NCBI RefSeq assembly: GCF_044704955.1
Contig: NC_091999.1
Span: 16,182,001-16,246,000 of the forward strand
Length of the DNA stretch: 64,000 nucleotides
Reading direction: 5' to 3'
From: Pristiophorus japonicus
Lineage: Eukaryota
Shown here: positions 1-12,840 of the stretch, piece after piece
Position numbering within the stretch: the first letter of the stretch is position 1
Layout of the letters: each line of letters begins with the position of its first letter
The notes under the pieces: generated by a model
Databases searched by the model: none
Told to the model about the DNA's origin: nothing
What the model saw: the letters and a program-made list of their open reading frames with translations, nothing else
Made by a program: the position numbers and the translations under genes

Positions 1-1808
1 ATTTACTCCTACTCTTTGCTTCCTGTCTGACAACCAGTTCTCAATCCATGTCAGCACACTACCCCCAATCCCATGTGCTTTAACTTTGCACATTAATCTC
101 TTGTGTGGGACCTTGTCGAAAGCCTTCTGAAAGTCGAAATATACCACATCAACTGGTTCTCCCTCGTCCACTCTACTGGAAACATCCTCAAAAAATTCGA
201 GAAGATTTATCAAGCATGATTTCCCTTTCATAAATCCATGCCAACTTGGACCTATCATGTCACCTATTTCCACATGCGCTGCTATGACATCCTAAATAAT
301 TTATTCCATCATTTTACCCACTACTGTGGTCAGGCTGACCGGTCTATAATTCCCTGTTTTCTCTCTCCCTCCTTTTTTAAAAAGTGGGGTTACATTGGCT
401 ACACTCCACTCGATAGGAACTGATCCAGAGTCTATGGAATGTTGGTAAATGACTGTCAATGCATCCGCTATTTCCAAGGCCACCGTCGTAGGTCCTCTGG
501 GATGCAGTCCATCAGGCCCTGGGATTTATCGGCCTTCAATCCCATCAATTTCCCCAACACAATTTCCCGACTAATAAGGATTTCCCTCGTTTCCTCCTTC
601 TTACTAGACCCTCTGACCCCTTTTATATCCGGAAGGTTGTTTGTGTCCTCCTTAGTGAATACCGAACCAAAGTACATATTCAATTGGTCTGCCATTTCTT
701 TGTTCCCCGTTATGACCTCCCCTGATTCTGACTGCAGGGGACCTACGTTTGTCTTTACTAATCTTTTTCTCTTTACATATCTATAGAAACTTTTGTAGTC
801 CGTCATAATGTTCACTGCAAGCTTCCTTTCGTACTCTATTTTCCCTGCCCTAATCAAATCCTTTGTCCTCCTCTGCTGAGTTCTAAATTTCTCCCAGTCC
901 CCAGGTTCACTGCTATTTCTGGCCAATTTGTATGCCACTTCCTTGGCTTTAATATTATCCCTGATTTCCCTGATAGCCACGGTTCATCAACCTTCCCTTT
1001 TTTATTTTTACACCAGACAGGGATGTACAATTGTCGTAGTTCATCCATGCGGTCTCTAAATGTCTGCCATTGCCCATCCACAGTCTACCCCTTAAGTATT
1101 ATTCGCAAATCCATCCTAGCCAATTCACCCTCATATCTTCAAAGTTACCCTTCTTTAAGTCCTGGACCATGGACTCTGAATTAATTGTTTCATTCTCCAT
1201 CCTAACGTAGAGTTCCATCATATTATGGTCACTCTTCCCCAAGGGGCTTCGCACAACGAGATTGCTAATTAATCCTCTCTCATTACATAAGACCCAGTCT
1301 AAGATGGCCTCCCCCCCTAGTTGGTTCCTCGACATATTGCTCTCGAAAACCATCCATTATGCACTCCAGGAAATCCTTCTCCACCGTATTGCTTCCAGTT
1401 TGGTTAGCCCAATCTATATGCACATTAAAGTCACCCATGATAAATGCTGCACCTTTATTGCATGCACCCCTAATTTCCTGTTTGATGCGTTCCCCAACAT
1501 CACTGCTACTGTTTGGAGGTCTGTACACAACTCGCACTAACGTTTTTTGCCCTTTGATGTTCTGCAGCTCTACCCATATATATTCCACATCATCCAAGCT
1601 GATGTCCTTCCTAACTATTGCATTAATCTCCTCTTTAACCAGCAATGCTACCCCAGCTCCTTTTCCTTTTATTCTTTCCTTCCTGAATGTTGAATACCCA
1701 TGGATGTTGAGTTCCCAGCCCTGATCATCCTGGAGCCACGTCTCCGTAATCACAATCATATCATATCCGTTAACATCTATTTGCACAGTTAATTCATCCA
1801 CCTTATTC
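1..1808 (-). mobile_element. CR1 LINE ORF2 fragment (APE endonuclease to RT), frameshifted, continues off the left edge
   Basis: ORFs contain NKVDEL...ITETWL, VYRPP, MGDFN, LGKSDH (endonuclease) and NVTPLFKKG...NYRPVSLT (RT). Confidence 0.95.
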
Positions 1809-1809
1809 A

Positions 1810-1932
1810 TCCTGCACTGCCACAGTACTGGCACCAGGCGTGTCGGTTTCGATTATCGGCTCAGCTCTCTCGAGCGGGGTTTAGTATCTGTGACCTTCTG
1901 AATCAGAGGCGAGAGTGATCCCACTGAGCCGA
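1810..1932 (-). mobile_element. DeuSINE (SacSINE1-like) 5' head, truncated by the CR1
   Basis: The minus strand reads GGCTCAGTGG...CTCGCCTCTGATTCAGAAGG (tRNA-derived head) and matches the full copies. Confidence 0.8.
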
Positions 1933-2309
1933 ATCTTGAACATATCACAGCTTGTATTTTAAAATGCTGCCATTCAGCTCATCATGTCTGAAGTCCAGGG
2001 TCTGAGCCCAGTCTTACACCGCTCCATTTATCATCAGGAGCGAGTTCTCTCATCTTGCCTGAGATATCATTACCACACTGTGATTTTCACTGTGTTCATA
2101 TAAAAGTGTCAGTGATTCCACAGGGAACATCTCGAAGTGCCCCAGGCAGAACGACTCACAGACTTAAGAGATTTATATTGTGTGAGCTGGATAATCAGAG
2201 CATCTGGAAGCTGGGACTGTTCTCCTCAGAGCCGAGCAAGTTATGGGCCATTTAATAGAGGTATTCAAAATCAGGAAAAGTTTTGATCGGGTAAATTGGG
2301 AGATAATTC

Positions 2310-2545
2310 ATCATTCCCTCTGACCACCCGCCTCTCCTTCTCTCCATTCCTTCATCACTCCATTTCTCTATCCCCCTCGCCCTCCATACCTGCCTCCATC
2401 AATCGCTCCCTCCTTGGACACACCTCTCCCTCCCTCCGTCCGCACTCCACCCATCCAATACACTACACCTCCCTTGCTCCACTCCTCCATTCCTCCATCG
2501 CTCCCTCCATCAATCGCTCACTCCGTGCACCCATCCCTACCTCCG
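2310..2545. repeat. C-rich (CCCT/CCAT) low-complexity tract
   Basis: Seen directly. Paralogous tracts are at ~6927-7160, 13015-13790, 23175-23400, 34455-34705, 48690-48880 and 58770-59090. Confidence 0.85.
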
Positions 2546-3313
2546 TCTCAGTTTATATTAAACTCGACCATGTCTCTGTTTATATTACACTAGGCACTGC
2601 ATCAGTTATTCCTGCCATAGACCATGGCTGAAATATATTATATAAATGCCTGTCTCTCTTCATATTACATTAGATCTTGTCTAAACTATTAGTGCGCTGG
2701 ACGCTGTCTGTATTTCTTATACTATCGACCCTGCTCAGTTATTTCAGCACTTGCACATGCGTCTGTTACATAGGCAGGAGATATACAGAGGGTTTGACAG
2801 ATATTAATATAAATAAATATGTATATATGTGTGGGTGTGAGGATGCAATACTTTTTTGTTTGGAAGTATATGCTTAGATTTGTTAACAGCTATCAGCACG
2901 TGTGTGCAATCTCTAATTGATCTGTTATTATGACGGTAATAATTGTGTTGAAAGGATGAGTGAATCTTGTAACAATCTTCCAGTAATGGATTGGGATTGA
3001 GGGACAGGACGGAAGGTGAGCAATTCACTGCACTTTGAACTACTGGCAAAATCTGTGGGCTTGAGGTTACTAATTCACACTTGTGTTGTCCTGTGCCTAT
3101 TTCTCCAAGTTCTTTAACGTTAAGGATTGTTTTTCATCCAGTATTTGACGTGACCCACTGATTATGTAGGACAGAGCCTGGAACCGTGATCTCAGAGCAC
3201 CTGCGGATGGGCGGCCACAGTGTCCTAATATCGACCGGAAAATATGTTCTCACCTTGTGAAATGAACAACTGAAAAGAGAACACAAAAGTGTTTGGTATA
3301 TGTTTATGTGTGT

Positions 3314-3456
3314 NNNNNNNNNNNNNNNNNNNNNNNNNNNNNNNNNNNNNNNNNNNNNNNNNNNNNNNNNNNNNNNNNNNNNNNNNNNNNNNNNNNNNNN
3401 NNNNNNNNNNNNNNNNNNNNNNNNNNNNNNNNNNNNNNNNNNNNNNNNNNNNNNNN
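3314..3456. other. N gap at a (TG)n microsatellite
   Basis: N run whose flanks match those of the TG tract at ~7915-8053 in the sister copy. Confidence 0.9.
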
Positions 3457-3559
3457 AATGTCTGCAAGTGCACTCCACAAAGACAAATGATTAGCTTCAG
3501 CTAATATTTTTCAGCATTTTACTTCATTCAAAATGCAATTGCAGGTCATTTAATAGCTT

Positions 3560-6427
3560 TAACATTTAAGATAGAAAGATAGAAGCATAGAAAATAGGTG
3601 CAGGAGTAGGCCATTCGGCCCTTCGAGTCTGCAACACCATTCAATGAGTTCATGGCTGAACATGCAACTACAGTACCCCATTCCTGCATTCTCGCCATAC
3701 TCCTTGATACCCCTAATAGTAAGGACTACATCTAACTCCTTTTTGAATATATTTACTGAATTGGCCTCAACAACTTTCTGTGGTAGAGAATTCCACAGGT
3801 TGACCACTCTCTGGGTGAAGAAGTTTCTCCTCATCTCGGTCCTAAATGGCTTACCCCTTATCCTTAGACTGTGAGCCCTGGTTCTGGACTTTTCCAACAT
3901 TGGGAACATTCTTCCTGCATCTAACCTGTCGAAACCCATCAGAATTTTAAAAGTTTCCATGAGATCACCCCCTCATTCATCTGAACTCCAGTGAATACAA
4001 GCCCAGTTGATCCACTCTTTCTTGATAGGTCAGTCCCACCATCCCAGGAATCAGTCTGGTGAACATTCGCTCCACTCCCTCAATAGCAAGAATGTCTTTC
4101 CTCAAGTTAGGAGACCAAAACTGTACACAATACTCCAGGTGTGGCCTCACCAAGGCCCTGTACAACTGTAGCAACTGCCCCAGTACTCAAATCCCCTCGC
4201 TATGAAGGCCAACATGCCATTTGCTTTCTTAACCGCCTGCTGTACCTGCATGTCAACCTTCAATGACTGTTGTACCATGACACCCAGGTCTCGTTACACC
4301 TCCCCTTTTCCTAATCTGTCAACATTCAGATAATAGTCTGTCTCTCTGTTTTTACCACCAAAGTGGATAACCTCACATTTATCCATATTATACTTCATCT
4401 GCCATGTATTTGCCCACTCACCTAACCTATCCAAGTCCCTCTGCAGTCTCATAGCATCCTCCTCGCAACTCACACTGCCACCCAACTTAGTGACATCCGC
4501 AAATTTGGAGATACTTCATTTAATCCACTCGTCCAAATCATTAATGTACAATGTAAACAGCTGGGACCGCTGCACAGAACCTTGCGGTACCCCACTAGTC
4601 ACTGCCTGCCATTCTGAAAAGTACCCATTTACTCCTACTCTTTGCTTCCTGTCTGACAACCAGTTCTCAATCCATGTCAGCACACTACCCCCAATCCCAT
4701 GTGCTTTAACTTTGCACATTAATCTCTTGTGTGGGACCTTGTCGAAAGCCTTCTGAAAGTCGAAATATACCACATCAACTGGTTCTCCCTCGTCCACTCT
4801 ACTGGAAACATCCTCAAAAAATTCGAGAAGATTTGTCAAGCATGATTTCCCTTTCATAAATCCATGCTAACCTCGACCTATCATGTCACCTATTTCCAAA
4901 TGCGCTGCTATGACATCCTTAATAATTTATTCCATCATTTTACCCACTACTGAGGTCAGGCTGACCGGTCTATAATTCCCTGTTTTCTCTCTCCCTCCTT
5001 TTTTAAAAAGTGGGGTTACATTGGCTACACTCCACTCGATAGGAACTGATCCAGAATCTATGGAATGTTGGTAAATGATTGTCAATGCATCCGCTATTTC
5101 CAAGGCCACCGTCGTAGGTCCTCTGGGATGCAGTCCATCAGGCCCTGGGATTTATCGGCCTTCAATCCCATCAATTTCCCCAACACAATTTCCCGACTAA
5201 TAAGGATTTCCCTCGTTTCCTCCTTCTTACTAGACCCTCTGACCCCTTTTATATCCGGAAGGTTGTTTGTGTCCTCCTTAGTGAATACCGAACCAAAGTA
5301 CATATTCAATTGGTCTGCCATTTCTTTGTTCCCCGTTATGACCTCCCCTGATTCTGACTGCAGGGGACCTACGTTTGTCTTTACTAATCTTTTTCTCTTT
5401 ACATATCTATAGAAACTTTTGTAGTCCGTCATAATGTTCACTGCAAGCTTCCTTTCGTACTCTATTTTCCCTGCCCTAATCAAATCCTTTGTCCTCCTCT
5501 GCTGAGTTCTAAATTTCTCCCAGTCCCCAGGTTCACTGCTATTTCTGGCCAATTTGTATGCCACTTCCTTGGCTTTAATATTATCCCTGATTTCCCTGAT
5601 AGCCACGGTTCATCAACCTTCCCTTTTTTATTTTTACACCAGACAGGGATGTACAATTGTCGTAGTTCATCCATGCGGTCTCTAAATGTCTGCCATTGCC
5701 CATCCACAGTCTACCCCTTAAGTATTATTCGCAAATCCATCCTAGCCAATTCACCCTCATATCTTCAAAGTTACCCTTCTTTAAGTCCTGGACCATGGTC
5801 TCTGAATTAACTGTTTCATTCTCCATCCTAACGTAGAATTCCATCATATTATGGTCACTCTTCCCCAAGGGGCTTCGCACAACGAGATTGCTAATTAATC
5901 CTCTCTAGTCTAGTCTAAGATGGCCTCCCCCCCTAGTTGGTTCCTCGACATATTGCTATCGAAAACCATCCCTTATGCACTCCAGGAAATCCTTCTCCAC
6001 CGTATTACTTCCAGTTTGGTTAGTCCAATCTATATGCATATTAAAGTCACCCATGATAAATGCTGCACCTTTATTGCATGCACCCCTAATTTCCTGTTTG
6101 ATGCGTTCCCCAACATCACTGCTACTGTTTGGAGGTCTGTACACAACTCGCACTAACGTTTTTTGCCCTTTGATGTTCTGCAGCTCTACCCATATATATT
6201 CCACATCATCCAAGCTGATGTCCTTCCGAACTATTGCATTAATCTCCTCTTTAACCAGCAATGCTACCCCAGCTCCTTTTCCTTTTATTCTTTCCTTCCT
6301 GAATGTTGAATAGCCATGGATGTTGAGTTCCCAGCCCTGATCATCCTGGAGCCACGTCTCCATAATCACAATCATATCATAGCCGTTAACATCTATTTGC
6401 ACAGTTAATTCATCCACCTTATTCATC
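3560..6427 (-). mobile_element. CR1 LINE, near-complete ORF2 plus 3' tail, 5'-truncated and disrupted
   Basis: Motifs in order: endonuclease, [69 protein letters not shown] (TTCTATG/C)n tail lies at ~3560-3590. Confidence 0.96.
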
Positions 6428-6548
6428 CTGCACTGCCACAGTACTGGCACCAGGCGTGTCGGTTTCGATTATCGGCTCAGCTCTCTCGAGCGGGGTTTAG
6501 TATCTGTGACCTTCTGAATCAGAGGCGAGAGTGATCCCACTGAGCCGA
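6428..6548 (-). mobile_element. DeuSINE 5' head, truncated
   Basis: Essentially identical to 1810-1932. Confidence 0.8.
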
Positions 6549-7914
6549 ATCTTGAACATATCACAGCTTGTATTTTAAAATGCTGCCATTCAGCTCATCA
6601 TGTCTGAAGACCAGGGTCTGAGCCCAGTCTTACACCGCTCCATTTATCATCAGGAGCGAGTTCTCTCATCTTGCCTGAGATATCATTACCACACTGTGAT
6701 TTTCACTGGGTTCATATAAAAGTGTCAGTGATTCCACAGGGAACATCTCGAAGTGCCCCAGGCAGAACGACTCACAGACTTAAGAGATGTATATTGTGTG
6801 AGCTGCAACATCAGAGCAGCTGGAAGCTGGGACTGTTCTCCTCAGAGCCGAGCAAGTTATGGGCCATTTAATAGAGGTGTTCAAAATCAGGAAAAGTTTT
6901 GATCGGGTAAATTGGGAGATAATTCATCATTCCCTCTGACCACCCGCCTCTCCTTCTCTCCATTCCTTCATCACTCCATTTCTCTATCCCCCTCGCCCTC
7001 CATACCTGCCTCCATCAATCGCTCCCTCCTTGGACACACCTCTCCCTCCCTCCGTCCGCACTCCACCCGTCCAATACACTACACCTCCCTTGCTCCACTC
7101 CTCCATTCCTCCATCGCTCCCTCCATCAATCGCTCACTCCGTGCACCCATCCCTACCTCCGTCTCAGTTTATATTAAACTCGACCATGTCTCTGTTTATA
7201 TTACACTAGGCACTGCATCAGTTATTCCTGCCATAGACCTAGGCTGAAATATATTATAATAAATGCCTGTCTCTCTTCATATTACATTAGATCTTGTCTA
7301 AACTATTAGTGCACTGGACGCTGTCTGTATTTCTTATACTATCGACCCTGCTCAGTTATTTCAGCACTTGCACATGCGTCTGTTACATAGGCAGGAGATA
7401 TAAAGAGGGATTGACAGATATTAATATAAATAAAGATGTATATATGTGTGGGTGTGAGGATGCAATACTTTTTTGTTTGGAAATATATGCTTAGATTTGT
7501 TAACAGCTATCAGCACGTGTGTGCAATCTCTAATTGATCTGTTATTATGACGGTAATAATTGTGTTGAAAGGATGAGTGAATCTTGTAACAATCTTCCAG
7601 TAATGGACTGGGGTTGAGGGACAGGACGGAAGGTGAGCAATTCACTGCACTTTGAACTACTGGCAAAATCTGTGGGTTTGAGGTTACTAATTCACACTTG
7701 TGTTGTCCTGTGCCTATTTCTCCAAGTTCTTTAACGTTAAGGATTGTTTTTCATCCAGTATTTGACGTGACCCACTGATTATGTAGGACAGAGCCTGGAA
7801 CCGTGATCTCAGAGCACCGCCAGATGGGCGGCCACAGTGTCCTAATATCGACCGGAAAATATGTTCTCACCTTGTGAAATGAACAACTGAAAACAGAACA
7901 CAAAAGTGTTTGGT

Positions 7915-7977
7915 ATATGTTTATGTGTGTTTGTGTGTCTGTCCGTTTGTGTGTTTATGTGTGTGTGTGTGTGTGTT

Positions 7978-8011
<34 letters not shown>

Positions 8012-8030
8012 TGTATGTGTGTGTGTGTGT
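7915..8030. repeat. (TG)n microsatellite
   Basis: Seen directly. Paralogues are at ~30095-30160, 44160-44280, 54435-54470, 63485-63502 and the two N gaps. Confidence 0.95.
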
Positions 8031-8370
8031 ACAAAACACTTGCACACATTCATAATGTCTGCAAGTGCACTCCACAAAGACAAATGATTAGCTTCAGCCA
8101 ATATTTTTCAGCATTTTACTTCATTCAAAATGCAATTGCAGGTCGTTTAATAGGTTTAACATTTATTGATAACCCATTCTCTTGCGTGCTCTTGTTTAGA
8201 ATGATGTCACTCTGGCCATTCTGTTACCAAGGTGACCATTTCTGTCCGCAGTATTCAGTGTGAAACGGGATTAAATCACACCGAGGATAATGAGCAACCA
8301 AACGCCAGTCTCTGCGCTTTATCGTCTAGTGATCACCTCAGCATCACCCAGAAAACTCTGATATACACCT

Positions 8371-8874
8371 TGAGGGAGTGCAGCCAAAGTTCACCAGACT
8401 GAATCGCGGGATGGCAGGACTGACATATGCAGAAATATTGGATTGACTAGCCTTATATTCGCTGAAATTTAGAAGAATGAGAGGGGATCTCAGAGAAGCA
8501 TATGAAATTCTGACGGGATTGGACAGGTTAGATCTTGGAAGAATGTTCCTGATGTTGGGGAAGTCCAGAACCAGGAGTCACAGTCTAAGGATAAGGGGTA
8601 AGTCATTTACGACAGAGATGAGGAGAAACTTCTTCACCCAGAGAAGTGTGAACCTGTGGAATTCTCTACTACAGTAAGTTGTTGAGTCCAGTTCGTTGCA
8701 TATATTCAAAAGGGAGTTAGATGTGAACTTTACGGCTAAAGGGATCAGGGGGTATGGAGAGAAGACAGGAGTGGGGTACTGAAGTTGTTTGATCAGCCAT
8801 GATCATATTGAATGGTGCTGCAGGCTCGAAGGGCCGAATTGCCTGCTCCTGCACATATTTGCTATGTTTCTATG
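8371..8874 (+). mobile_element. CR1 3' fragment, copy-specific insertion
   Basis: MRGDL...GRMF...RRNFFTQR..NLWNSL with a 'tatgtttctatg' tail. It interrupts sequence that is contiguous in other units (e.g. ~19620-19640). Confidence 0.92.
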
Positions 8875-9014
8875 ATTAGTGCCCATGATGGTAAAAATGA
8901 AACTGCACTTGTACCTGGCAGGAGGTTAATAAATCTCTAATTATCTGGCATTATTACTTTCACTACACCAGACCCCGTCGCAGTATTTACCCAGTCGTAG
9001 TTTATAAGGTTGAT

Positions 9015-9915
9015 GTGGTGGACTTCTAAAAGTTGTTTGATAAAGTGCCTTAATAATATCCTTGCCATAAAAATTTAAACCCACAGAATTAAGAGAACAG
9101 TGGCAGCATGATGTACATAATTGGCGGAGTGACAGGAACCACAGAGTAGTGGTGACCAGTTATTTTGTGTTGGACTGGGGGAAGGAATACTGTGGTATTC
9201 TGCAGCGATTGGTACTAGGAACACTGCGTTTCTTCATTTATATTCATGACTTAGACTTAGGAGTACAGGGTAAAATTTCGAAATTTGTAGATGATACAAA
9301 ATTTGGAAGTAGATGTGAACAGTGAGGAGATAGTGATGACTTCAAGATGACATAGACATGCTGGTAGAATGGGCACACTCGTGGCAAATGAAACGGAGAA
9401 AAGTGTGAAATGAATCACTTTGATAAGACGAATGAGGAGAGGAAAAATAAACTAAAGTGTACAATGTTAAAGGAGGTGCATGAACACAGTGACCTGATGG
9501 TATATGTGCACAAATCATTGAAGGTGGCAGGGCCGGTTGAGACAATGGTCAATAGCTTACATGATGCTGGGCTTCGTAAATACACGCATAGAGTACAAAA
9601 GAAAGGAAGTTATGATGAACGTTTATAAAACACTGGTTAAGCCTCACCTGGAATATTGTGTCCAATTCTTTAGCAAGGATGTGAGGCCTTAGAGAGGATT
9701 CAGAAAAGATTTACAATTATGGTTCCAAGGATACGGTACTTCGGTTATGTGGATAGCCTGGAGAAGTTGGAATTTTTCTCCTTAGAGCTGAAAGGTAGAG
9801 ATGAGATTTCAAAGAAGTGTTCAGAATCATAAGGGGTCTAGATAGAGTAGGTAGAGAGAAACTGTTCCCATTGGTGGGAAGATCGAGAACAAAGGACACA
9901 GAGTTAAGGTGATTA
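9015..9915 (+). mobile_element. Old CR1-type RT/3' remnant inherited with the unit
   Basis: Degenerate DFxKxFDKV, KFVDDTK and PHLEYCVQF motifs. Paralogues are at ~19790-20900, 30625-31752, 44775-45915 and 54950-56052. Confidence 0.85.
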
Positions 9916-9917
9916 GC

Positions 9918-10504
9918 TGATTGGAAAACTACAAATTTAATGCTCCTATTTGCAAAAGGATGCAGGCAAAAAGCAGGAAACTATAAACCAGTTCGTCTAA
10001 CATCTGCGCTTGGGAAAATGTTGGAGTCCATTATTAAAGAAGCAGTGGCAGGATATTTGGAAAAGCAAAATTCGGTCAGGCAGAGTCAGCGTGGATTTAT
10101 GAAGGGGAAGTCATGTTTGACAAATTTTCAGGAATTCTTTGAGGAGGTAACAAACAGGGTGGGTAAAACGGAACCAGTGGCTGTGATGTATTTGGGCTTC
10201 TAGAAGGCATTTGATAAGGTGCCACATAAAAGGTTACTGCACAAGATAAACATTCACGGGGTTGGGGCTGATATATTAGCATGGATAGAGGATTAGCTGA
10301 CTAACAGAAAACCGAGAGTCAGGATCAAAGGTTCATTCTCGGGTTGGCATTCAGTAACTAGTGGGATGCTGCAGGGATCAGTGCTGGGAACCCCTCTATG
10401 TACAATCTACCGACGTTGAAGAATGCATCGAGAGCAACATAGCCAGGTTTTCTGATGATACAAAGATGGGAGAAAAAGCAATGTGTGACGAGGACACAAA
10501 AAGA
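9918..10504 (+). mobile_element. CR1 RT internal fragment, copy-specific
   Basis: GNYKPVRLTS...GKSCLTN...AFDKVPHKRLL...FSDDTK. Confidence 0.88.
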
Positions 10505-10564
10505 CTCCACTACACTACAGTAGACCCATCTCAAGTTTATTTTACCCCATCCACCACATTAAAT

Positions 10565-10962
10565 AATCCCTCCCACCCCCAACGGCGCACCATGTCTGCA
10601 GTGATTAAAACCCCCAAGATGCTTTGCAGCAACTCGCCAAGATATCCTTGACAGCCCTTTCCACACCTGCGACCTCTTCCACCAAGAAGAACAAGGGCAG
10701 CGTGCTCATGGGAACACCATCACCTCCGTGTATCCCTCCAAATCACACATCATCCTGACTTAGGAACTTATTACCGTTCCTTCATAGTCGCTGGGTCAAA
10801 TTTTGGAACCCGCTACCAAACAATGTGGAGGTCCCTTCATAACATGGACTGCAGCGGTTCAAGGGGCAGCTTACCATTTGCTTATCAAGGCCAATTAGGA
10901 ATAGACCATCAATGTTTGCCTTGCCAGCGACACCCACACCCATATGCCAAAAGCGAATAAAG
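10565..10962 (+). mobile_element. 3' end of a second elasmobranch CR1-like LINE family
   Basis: 'aactcgccaag...agaaggacaagggcagc...catgggaacaccatcacctcc...gccttgccagcgacaccc...aataaa' tail. It recurs at ~31830-32230, 45995-46390 and 56130-56525. Confidence 0.7.
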
Positions 10963-11237
10963 AAATGTCCCTGCATCAGTAATTACTGCACGAGGCCCTA
11001 TCTCAGTTATTACTGCACTAGAACTATTAATATTGTACTAGGCCCGATATCAGATATTACTGCAATATGGCATGCCTTTGTTCCTATTACACAAGACCCT
11101 GTCTCTGTTTATATTAAACTAGACCAGGACATGGATTATGTTACACTAGCCCCAACGTTTTCCATTACTAAACTGGACCATTTCTCTGTTTATATTACAC
11201 TGGACCCGGTCTCAGTTATTACTGCACTAAACTCTGT

Positions 11238-11525
11238 AACTTCCAGGCCAGGTTCAGCATGTGTTAGATACAGAGTAAAGCGCTCTCTACACCGCACCAT
11301 CAAACATTCTCATGCCAGGTACAGCATGTGTCAGGTACAGAGTAAAGTGCCCTCTATACTACCTCATCACATACACCCAGGGCAGGTAGAGTATGGGTTA
11401 GATACAGAGAAAAACTCCCTCAACACTACCCCATCAAACACTCCCAGGGCAGGTACATCATATGTCAGATACAGAGTAAAACTCCCTCTGCAATGTCCCA
11501 TCACACACTCCCAGGGCAGGTACAA
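11238..11525. repeat. 67-bp minisatellite (ACTCCCAGGGCAGGTACAGCACGGGTTAGATACAGAGTAAAGCTCCCTCTACACTGTCCCATCAAAC)
   Basis: Unit starts at ~11240, 11307, 11374, 11441 and 11508 give a period of 67. Confidence 0.9.
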
Positions 11526-12209
11526 CTTTAAGCATAAACCTCCTCTATCACATTAGTGATTTTGCTGTACATGCTGACGAGAAGGAGTATTTCCCCATTC
11601 TGTCCGTGGGTATCATCTTTCCTTTATTCTAATAAAATTTAGTGAAATATACCAAAACACAATTGTTGCTGGAGTCTGTTGAGAGATTTGCATTTCTGTC
11701 TATCTTTATTTCAATGCTGTGTTGGTGAAGAAACATTCATGGTGTCTCTGATGCTCAGTACTCTAATCTGGGACATCTATTTCTGTGATTATTTGCATAA
11801 AGGCCTCAATGGTTCCTACGAAGTGTTCATGGCAGCAAAATCATGACAACAGAGTCACTTATTGATTAGTCTCAACTCACAACAATGGCTTATTTGAAGA
11901 ATATTGACAGTGGGTACACAGAAGTAGCAATATGTCGAACAGTGACGTTGGCTTCAGTTTTGTTCAATTAGAACAGATGTGATTTATATCAAAGGAAATA
12001 AATATTAAAATGAATAATTCAGTTCTGAAAGTTCTGCAGCTGAAATCAGTGGAACATCTCTGAACATGCTGCTATTCCACTGGATCTCCATTTCGTGGAA
12101 GATTTAACCCATTGAAACTAAACAAGTTCAACCAGTGACCATCAGTAATATCTGAGCGTTTCACATATCGCACCTTGTATTTAAAAATATTAACATTTAG
12201 AAAAAACTA

Positions 12210-12645
12210 GCATTTATATCGCGCCCTTCGTGACCTCATAATGTCCCAAATGCTTTAAATCCAATTAATTACTTTGGAAGTGTTGTAATGTAGGAAATGT
12301 GGCAGCCAATTTGTGCAGAGCAGGATCCCATACACAGCAATGAAATAATGATCAGATAATCTGTTTTGCAGAAATTGTTTGAGGGACAAATGTTTTCCGT
12401 GGAAACCCTGAAGAACTCCTCAGCTGTTTAAGATAGTGCAATGAATCCTTTAAATCCACCTGAGTGGAAAAATGGGGCCGCAGTTTAATGTTTGCCCCGA
12501 AAGACGGCAGCTCTGTCCGTGCAGCACTCCCTCAGTACTTGCAGCGGTCATGTCGGCATAGATTATGGGCTCAGTTCTCTGGAGTGTGGTTTAGCATCTG
12601 TGACATTCTGAGTCGGAGGCGAGAGTGATCCCACTGAGCCAAGGC
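12210..12645 (-). mobile_element. Full-length tRNA-derived DeuSINE (SacSINE1-like)
   Basis: Minus strand shows a tRNA-like head GGCTCAGTGG, then AGTACTGAGGGAGTGCTGCAC, a Deu-like core GCCGTCTTTCGG..ATTAAAC, and a 3' tail ...GGCGCGATATAAATGC. Confidence 0.87.
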
Positions 12646-12787
12646 TTGAACATATCACAGCTTGCATTTAAAGTGTTGTCATTCAGTTCATCCTGCCTGA
12701 AGTTCAGGGCCTGAGCCTAGTCTTACTTCGATCCGCTTATTATCACGGGCGAGTTCTCTGATCTTGCCTGGGATGTCATTCCCACAC

Positions 12788-12840
12788 TGGGGTTTCCACC
12801 GGGTCGATATAAAAGTGACAGCGATTCCACAAGGAACATC
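12788..12840 (+). promoter_or_regulatory. Candidate Pol II core promoter: kB-like site, TATA box and CA initiator
   Basis: TGGGGTTTCC at 12788-12797, TATAAAAG at 12808-12815, and the A of a CA dinucleotide at 12838, exactly 30 nt from the TATA start. TATAAAAG is also intact at 2099, 6715 and 22970. Confidence 0.3.

Larger units (their letters stand above)
1..8163. repeat. Near-identical ~4.62-kb tandem duplication (1-3558 vs 4627-8163)
   Basis: Position 1 'atttactcctactc' recurs at 4627. The ORF track gives identical or near-identical peptides (468..980 = 5094..5606; 439..786 = 5065..5412). The offset changes from 4626 to 4616 after a small indel near 1285/5905. Confidence 0.92.

Noticed and set aside
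11686-11798. Octamer ATTTGCAT motifs suggesting a shark immunoglobulin cluster
   Set aside because: I found no leader/V/J/C exon and no heptamer-spacer-nonamer RSS. The motif is lost in several copies.
11965-12035. miR-146-like motif (AATTCAGTTCT)
   Set aside because: Only a short match. The mature 5p sequence and a proper hairpin are absent.
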